Assembly: GCA_036785375.1 (NCBI GenBank)
Contig: JAWMAR010000148.1
Span: 248,001-312,000, forward strand
Reading direction: 5' to 3'
Length of the DNA: 64,000 nt
DNA from: Leucoraja ocellata
Taxonomy: Eukaryota
Shown: positions 63,658-64,000 of the stretch, piece by piece
Numbering within the stretch: position 1 is the stretch's first letter
Layout: the number at the start of each line of letters is the position of its first letter
Notes under the pieces: generated by a model
Databases searched by the model: none
What the model was told of the DNA's origin: nothing
What the model saw: the letters and a program-made list of their open reading frames with translations, nothing else
Translations under genes and position numbers: made by a program

Positions 63658-64000
63658 GGGGGTTAATTAATTTACCATCAAAAGCTCTCCTTATAGCATA
63701 GATCAATGAAATGAGTCCTACCCTGAGTGATGGAAATCATGGATAAAGCAGAGAGTAGCAACAATTTATCAGAAAATATATCTGTTTTAAATGTTAACGA
63801 GGACAATAATTAATGTGGACAATGATTAATAATTGTAATGTGGAGGTGCTAACTTCAATGTGTTATATTACATTATAGAGGAGACTGGATCCAAGTCGGC
63901 CTTTGTTATCCCAGAGGAACAGTTTTTAAAGTCATGTCCGATATAAACCAACGAACAAGTGGAAGAGTGCACAGTGTGAAACAGTACAAAGCAGCATCGT
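4221..64000 (+). CDS. CEMIP2: CEMIP2/TMEM2-like cell-surface hyaluronidase family gene (multi-exon, 3' end beyond window; may be a paralog rather than the strict ortholog)
   Basis: Joined exons 4221-4566, 30716-30856, 31131-31689, 32511-32674, 35133-35318, 38837-39006, 39683-39892, 41531-41736, 44933-45002, 48912-49040, 51124-51209, 53408-53539, 53826-53861, 56389-56541, 56638-56815, 58600-58815, 58936-59144, 63879->64000 keep one open frame with GT-AG sites. Motifs HIGAEKC, GRIVAIAVGDSAA, TFPIRGFQIYDGP, YQPVVMLE match TMEM2. Confidence 0.9.
5001..5277 (-). mobile_element. Rex1/Babar-like LINE 3' end with (TTA)n tail
   Basis: Minus strand encodes GLFELLPSGRRYKA...RLRNSFIPRAI; (TAA)n tail on + at 5001-5020. 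Confidence 0.8.
7928..9551. mobile_element. Non-autonomous Tc1/mariner-superfamily DNA transposon, 1624 bp
   Basis: Perfect 23-bp TIRs CAGGTGCACAACCTTTTATCCGA (7928-7950 and 9529-9551), TA on both flanks, no transposase ORF. Confidence 0.9.
12350..12930 (+). mobile_element. Degraded CR1 LINE RT fragment
   Basis: LIRDSQHGF and VDVDYMD-like motifs; W..EWQMEIN..ECE segment; frameshifted. Confidence 0.75.
14087..14572 (+). CDS. Symmetric phase-1/1 exon, 486 nt (162 aa), putative juxtamembrane stalk
   Basis: Acceptor tttctgttctttag|14087, donor CATG|gtatgt; open frame DGDQQIQSTHWKLSYF...KTNNEH, in phase with both 4566 and 30716; not repeat-like. Confidence 0.6.
14846..14968 (+). CDS. Candidate symmetric phase-1/1 exon, 123 nt
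   Basis: Acceptor cttcccag|14846, strong donor AAAG|gtaagt; open frame GSINPALLYVSESLITCNSHIKTLKGHHQHCLCKLLQIHQK. Confidence 0.4.
15621..16192. mobile_element. Penelope-like element fragment with inverted terminal segments and 16-bp TSD
   Basis: RKLKEQQLVFRLGRLHPSSMNIDL (PLE C-terminus); accacctgtagattgt repeated at 15605-15620 and 16193-16208. Confidence 0.8.
18120..18500 (+). mobile_element. Degenerate V-SINE with duplicated V-domain
   Basis: gtggagtttgcacattctccc and gttaattggccactgtaaat-like motifs. Confidence 0.65.
21225..21570 (+). mobile_element. CR1 LINE 3' fragment
   Basis: RGKRFKRNLKGNFFTQKAVDIWNELPKEVVEAG. Confidence 0.85.
22330..22645 (+). mobile_element. Old Deu-domain SINE remnant (SacSINE1/AmnSINE1-like)
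   Basis: cactcctgagacctgagca...ccgaagatgccactttt...gatatttaactggggc and tail gtgaagctattgggcattctga...aaatgcaa resemble the recalled Deu-SINE consensus. Confidence 0.5.
26040..26555. repeat. Polypurine (GA-rich) low-complexity tract
   Basis: About 500 bp of mostly G/A on the + strand. Confidence 0.85.
26590..27730 (-). mobile_element. Cluster of CR1 fragments with a nested Rex1-like 3' end (about 27170-27440)
   Basis: CR1 motifs QLYRTLIWLHLEYCTQFWS and SNTSGHSFKMRGAKF; nested RFRNSYFPTAIRLL. Confidence 0.75.
29165..29900. repeat. G-rich degenerate minisatellite/low-complexity tract
   Basis: Repeated ggggtgtggatggggagatgag and gaggtgcaggggtg units, very few C on + strand. Confidence 0.9.
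29990..30110 (+). promoter_or_regulatory. Pol II core promoter in a CpG island (internal to the gene model)
   Basis: GGGCGG 29992-29997, CCAAT 30004-30008, GGGGCGG 30023-30029, TATAAATA 30073-30080, Inr-like CAGT near 30104; CpG-rich about 29900-30350. Confidence 0.75.
30105..30254 (+). other. Putative non-coding first exon from the internal promoter
   Basis: GC-rich, no ATG, starts about 30 nt after the TATA box, ends at donor ACAG|gtgcgc. Confidence 0.5.
30404..30627 (+). other. Candidate alternative exon with in-frame ATG at 30582 (MSRSPFVHRTLVYTT)
   Basis: Acceptor tttctag|30404, donor ACAG|gtgtgt; ATG 30582 has A at -3 and ends in phase 1, in frame with the G8 exon across an 88-nt intron. 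Confidence 0.35.
30716..30856 (+). CDS. CEMIP2: CEMIP2-like exon, start of G8 domain
   Basis: VDCPDKAPYLLHWNPGH...SLHSIVIENG; tttag| and G|gtaagt; 141 nt. Confidence 0.93.
31131..31689 (+). CDS. CEMIP2: CEMIP2-like exon, G8 and first GG domain
   Basis: GKLVFND...HIGAEKCPY...RVIDPGTAKV...RFDTH...GRIVAIAVGDSAA...LGYR; ttgcag| and AG|gtgagc. Confidence 0.96.
32511..32674 (+). CDS. CEMIP2: CEMIP2-like exon
   Basis: RQPWAAIGVLG...FTVTAFSEWVR; tttag| and G|gtaagt. Confidence 0.93.
33820..34440. mobile_element. Old CR1 (+) interrupted by younger CR1 3' end (-, about 34005-34212)
   Basis: PQG..LGP and SKFA motifs; catagaaac tail on the nested copy. Confidence 0.65.
34742..34995 (+). mobile_element. 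V-SINE (HE1-like)
   Basis: gtggcacagtgg A box, V-domain, (ctaaagt) tail. Confidence 0.75.
35133..35318 (+). CDS. CEMIP2: CEMIP2-like exon
   Basis: GVPHCGFRVDV...SWLPGDQIVIASTDYSMHQAEEF...QIKI; cacag| and G|gtaaga. Confidence 0.94.
35600..35806. mobile_element. Palindromic Penelope-UTR-derived short element
   Basis: caaaatgctg...tctctggagaaaa and ttttctccaga...ccagcattttg inverted arms; ends ctgcagttccttcctacac. Confidence 0.7.
36023..36158 (-). mobile_element. Short Penelope-UTR-derived insertion with hammerhead core; TSD ttatagttt
   Basis: Homologous to 61120-61254; 9-bp TSD at 36014-36022 and 36159-36167. Confidence 0.8.
36300..36650 (-). mobile_element. CR1 LINE fragment
   Basis: Reverse complement of the LEYC..LRKDV.ALERFQR segment of CR1 ORF2. 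Confidence 0.7.
37800..38425 (+). mobile_element. Young CR1 LINE 3' fragment
   Basis: Intact 164-aa ORF2 C-terminus YRVLVRPHLEYCVQFWSP...; (TTTCTATG)n tail. Confidence 0.93.
38837..39006 (+). CDS. CEMIP2: CEMIP2-like exon
   Basis: GKPRYLHMGEIVDGIDMRAEVGLLSRNI...YDTFGGQIK; catag| and AAG|gtaagc. Confidence 0.95.
39683..39892 (+). CDS. CEMIP2: CEMIP2-like exon (PbH1 region)
   Basis: ILRNFASVHLSGVELTNMGQQILGSYPVHLH...IHGTNGLL; ggcag| and |gtacgt. Confidence 0.95.
40255..40715 (+). mobile_element. CR1 LINE 3' fragment
   Basis: LRKDILAVEGVQRR...GTRGHSLRIRG...FFTQRIVNLWNSLP. Confidence 0.9.
41531..41736 (+). CDS. CEMIP2: CEMIP2-like exon
   Basis: VKDTIGYDTLGHCFFLEDGVEQRNILYHNLGLLTKPG...NDCM; tatag| and AT|gtaagt. 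Confidence 0.95.
43235..43370 (+). mobile_element. Truncated V-SINE
   Basis: gtggcacggcggtagag...ggtttgatcctgac...cattctccctgtgac. Confidence 0.7.
44455..44640. mobile_element. Penelope-UTR-derived palindromic short element
   Basis: gtcaggcagcatctc and gagatgctgcctgac arms; acccttcttcagac. Confidence 0.7.
44933..45002 (+). CDS. CEMIP2: CEMIP2-like exon
   Basis: AVTTFWISNPNNHLINNAAAGAQ; ttgcag| and CAG|gtaagg. Confidence 0.94.
45930..46305. mobile_element. V-SINE (-) followed by CR1 3' end (+)
   Basis: gggagagtgtgcaatctccac (reverse V-domain); MFKKHADRFMD and aaagggcctgt...atgactcta tail. Confidence 0.65.
47925..48058 (+). mobile_element. Penelope-UTR-derived short element
   Basis: cagtctgaagaag...gatgctgcctgtcccgctgagttactccagc...ctgcagttcc. 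Confidence 0.75.
48596..48776. mobile_element. Palindromic Penelope-UTR-derived insertion, 15-bp TSD
   Basis: taaatgtataggtta at 48581-48595 and 48777-48791; inverted arms inside. Confidence 0.82.
48912..49040 (+). CDS. CEMIP2: CEMIP2-like exon
   Basis: DVGIWYIFHRNPTGES...TPLGIFYNNRVHSNFK; tccag| and AAG|gtgtgt. Confidence 0.95.
49205..49425 (-). mobile_element. V-SINE (HE1-like)
   Basis: ggaaacaggcccttc...gccaatcaacctacaaacc...ggagaaaccccatgc (reverse of SINE). Confidence 0.75.
49576..49703 (+). mobile_element. Penelope-UTR-derived insertion, 12-bp TSD
   Basis: tactcttgggtg at 49564-49575 and 49704-49715. Confidence 0.8.
51124..51209 (+). CDS. CEMIP2: CEMIP2-like exon
   Basis: AGLFIDSGVKTTKCNDNDPREILALDFAR; cctag| and AG|gtatag. 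Confidence 0.92.
52196..52291 (+). mobile_element. Penelope-UTR-derived insertion with hammerhead core, 8-bp TSD
   Basis: aggccatt at 52188-52195 and 52292-52299; CTGAAGA-agggtttcggccc-GAAAC-GTA. Confidence 0.8.
52520..52740 (-). mobile_element. CR1 LINE 3' fragment
   Basis: RVASTWNKLPEKVLELGTITTFKRHLDRYMD. Confidence 0.82.
53408..53539 (+). CDS. CEMIP2: CEMIP2-like exon
   Basis: FRPHQNADPRQPRVPAVIDGLIAFKNNEQGAWARGGDIIFRNSG; catag| and GG|gtaagt. Confidence 0.94.
53826..53861 (+). CDS. CEMIP2: CEMIP2-like 36-nt exon
   Basis: FSDNGIGLTLAS; tgcag| and AG|gtaact. Confidence 0.92.
54439..54663. mobile_element. Palindromic Penelope-UTR-derived insertion, about 15-bp TSD
   Basis: Hairpin centred on cttcagactgatcagtctgaag; cctaat(t/c)ccaacaat at 54424-54438 and 54664-54678. 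Confidence 0.85.
55546..56143 (-). mobile_element. Young CR1 LINE 3' fragment
   Basis: 163-aa ORF nearly identical to that at 37840-38334; (CATAGAAA)n tail on +. Confidence 0.93.
56389..56541 (+). CDS. CEMIP2: CEMIP2-like exon
   Basis: DGTFPTDEGSSMEV...RTLPRNR; catag| and AG|gtagca. Confidence 0.94.
56638..56815 (+). CDS. CEMIP2: CEMIP2-like exon
   Basis: TFPIRGFQIYDGPVRL...NNISQIKLETS; tccag| and |gtaagt. Confidence 0.95.
57095..57250 (-). mobile_element. V-SINE 3' part
   Basis: ttagagatactgtgtggaaacgggcc...gccaattaacctacaaacc. Confidence 0.7.
57925..58085 (+). mobile_element. LINE 3'UTR fragment (Rex1/L2-like)
   Basis: ttctgcactctgtatcttcccc...ttcactgtacctcagtacatgtgacaa..aaacctaaacct tail. 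Confidence 0.55.
58600..58815 (+). CDS. CEMIP2: CEMIP2-like exon
   Basis: ANLEVFFGTPGQWF...SIFHDLDGSVTG...CTGKYAQ; atcag| and CAG|gtgaat. Confidence 0.95.
58936..59144 (+). CDS. CEMIP2: CEMIP2-like exon
   Basis: LYVQAWH...YQPVVMLEQAYTLSWNG...INFNR; cacag| and AG|gtaatg. Confidence 0.95.
59452..59587 (+). mobile_element. CR1 3' terminus
   Basis: ggaatcaagggat...gccatgatcatattgaatggc...tcgaagggccg...tgtttcta. Confidence 0.8.
60639..61254 (+). mobile_element. Penelope-like element 3' fragment (GIY-YIG endonuclease plus 3'UTR/pLTR), 10-bp TSD
   Basis: NLIYCVRCSRCQQIYIGETKRRLGDRFAEH...RKLEEQHLIFRLGTLHPRGMN; caaatgttag at 60629-60638 and 61255-61264. Confidence 0.92.
61121..61156 (+). ncRNA. Minimal type I hammerhead ribozyme-like motif
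   Basis: CUGAAGA (61125-61131), stem II GGG-UUUCGG-CCC, GAAA (61145-61148), palindromic ACGU, NUH = GUU; located in the PLE 3'UTR. Confidence 0.6.
61395..61680 (-). mobile_element. Near full-length V-SINE (HE1-like)
   Basis: Reverse B box ggattgaacccggg, reverse A box ctaccgctgcgtcac, CR1-derived tail. Confidence 0.85.
62470..62630 (-). mobile_element. CR1 3' terminus
   Basis: gcagaattaggtcattcggccc...tgccttctccccataacccttgat. Confidence 0.75.
63604..63662. repeat. (TG)n microsatellite plus poly-G run
   Basis: Direct inspection. Confidence 0.95.
63879..64000 (+). CDS. CEMIP2: CEMIP2-like exon (truncated by window end)
   Basis: tatag|A GGA GAC TGG = GDWIQVGLCYPRGTVFKV..., matching TMEM2 DWIRVGLCYP; phase 2 fits the previous exon. 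Confidence 0.92.

Overview
Vertebrate genomic DNA, about 40% GC. The repeat content (HE1-type V-SINEs, CR1 LINEs with (TTTCTATG)n tails, Penelope-like elements, Deu-SINE remnants) points to a cartilaginous fish, probably a skate or ray (inference). One + strand gene dominates: a CEMIP2/TMEM2-like cell-surface hyaluronidase family gene. Seventeen phase-compatible GT-AG exons (30716 to beyond 64000) encode the G8, GG and PbH1 regions. An upstream exon with the ATG and a type II transmembrane helix (4214-4566) splices in frame to the G8 exon. The 26-kb interval between them holds one or more symmetric in-frame exons with no counterpart in mammalian TMEM2. It also holds a second CCAAT/GC/TATA CpG-island promoter just upstream of the G8 exon, which could give an anchorless isoform. 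The protein mixes CEMIP-like and CEMIP2-like residues and may be a third paralog. Introns carry many short TSD-flanked Penelope-derived insertions with minimal hammerhead-ribozyme cores, a 1.6-kb TA-flanked Tc1/mariner-type non-autonomous element, and a near-identical inverted CR1 pair. Coordinates were read by eye; repeat boundaries are approximate, and comparisons to human proteins are from recalled sequences.
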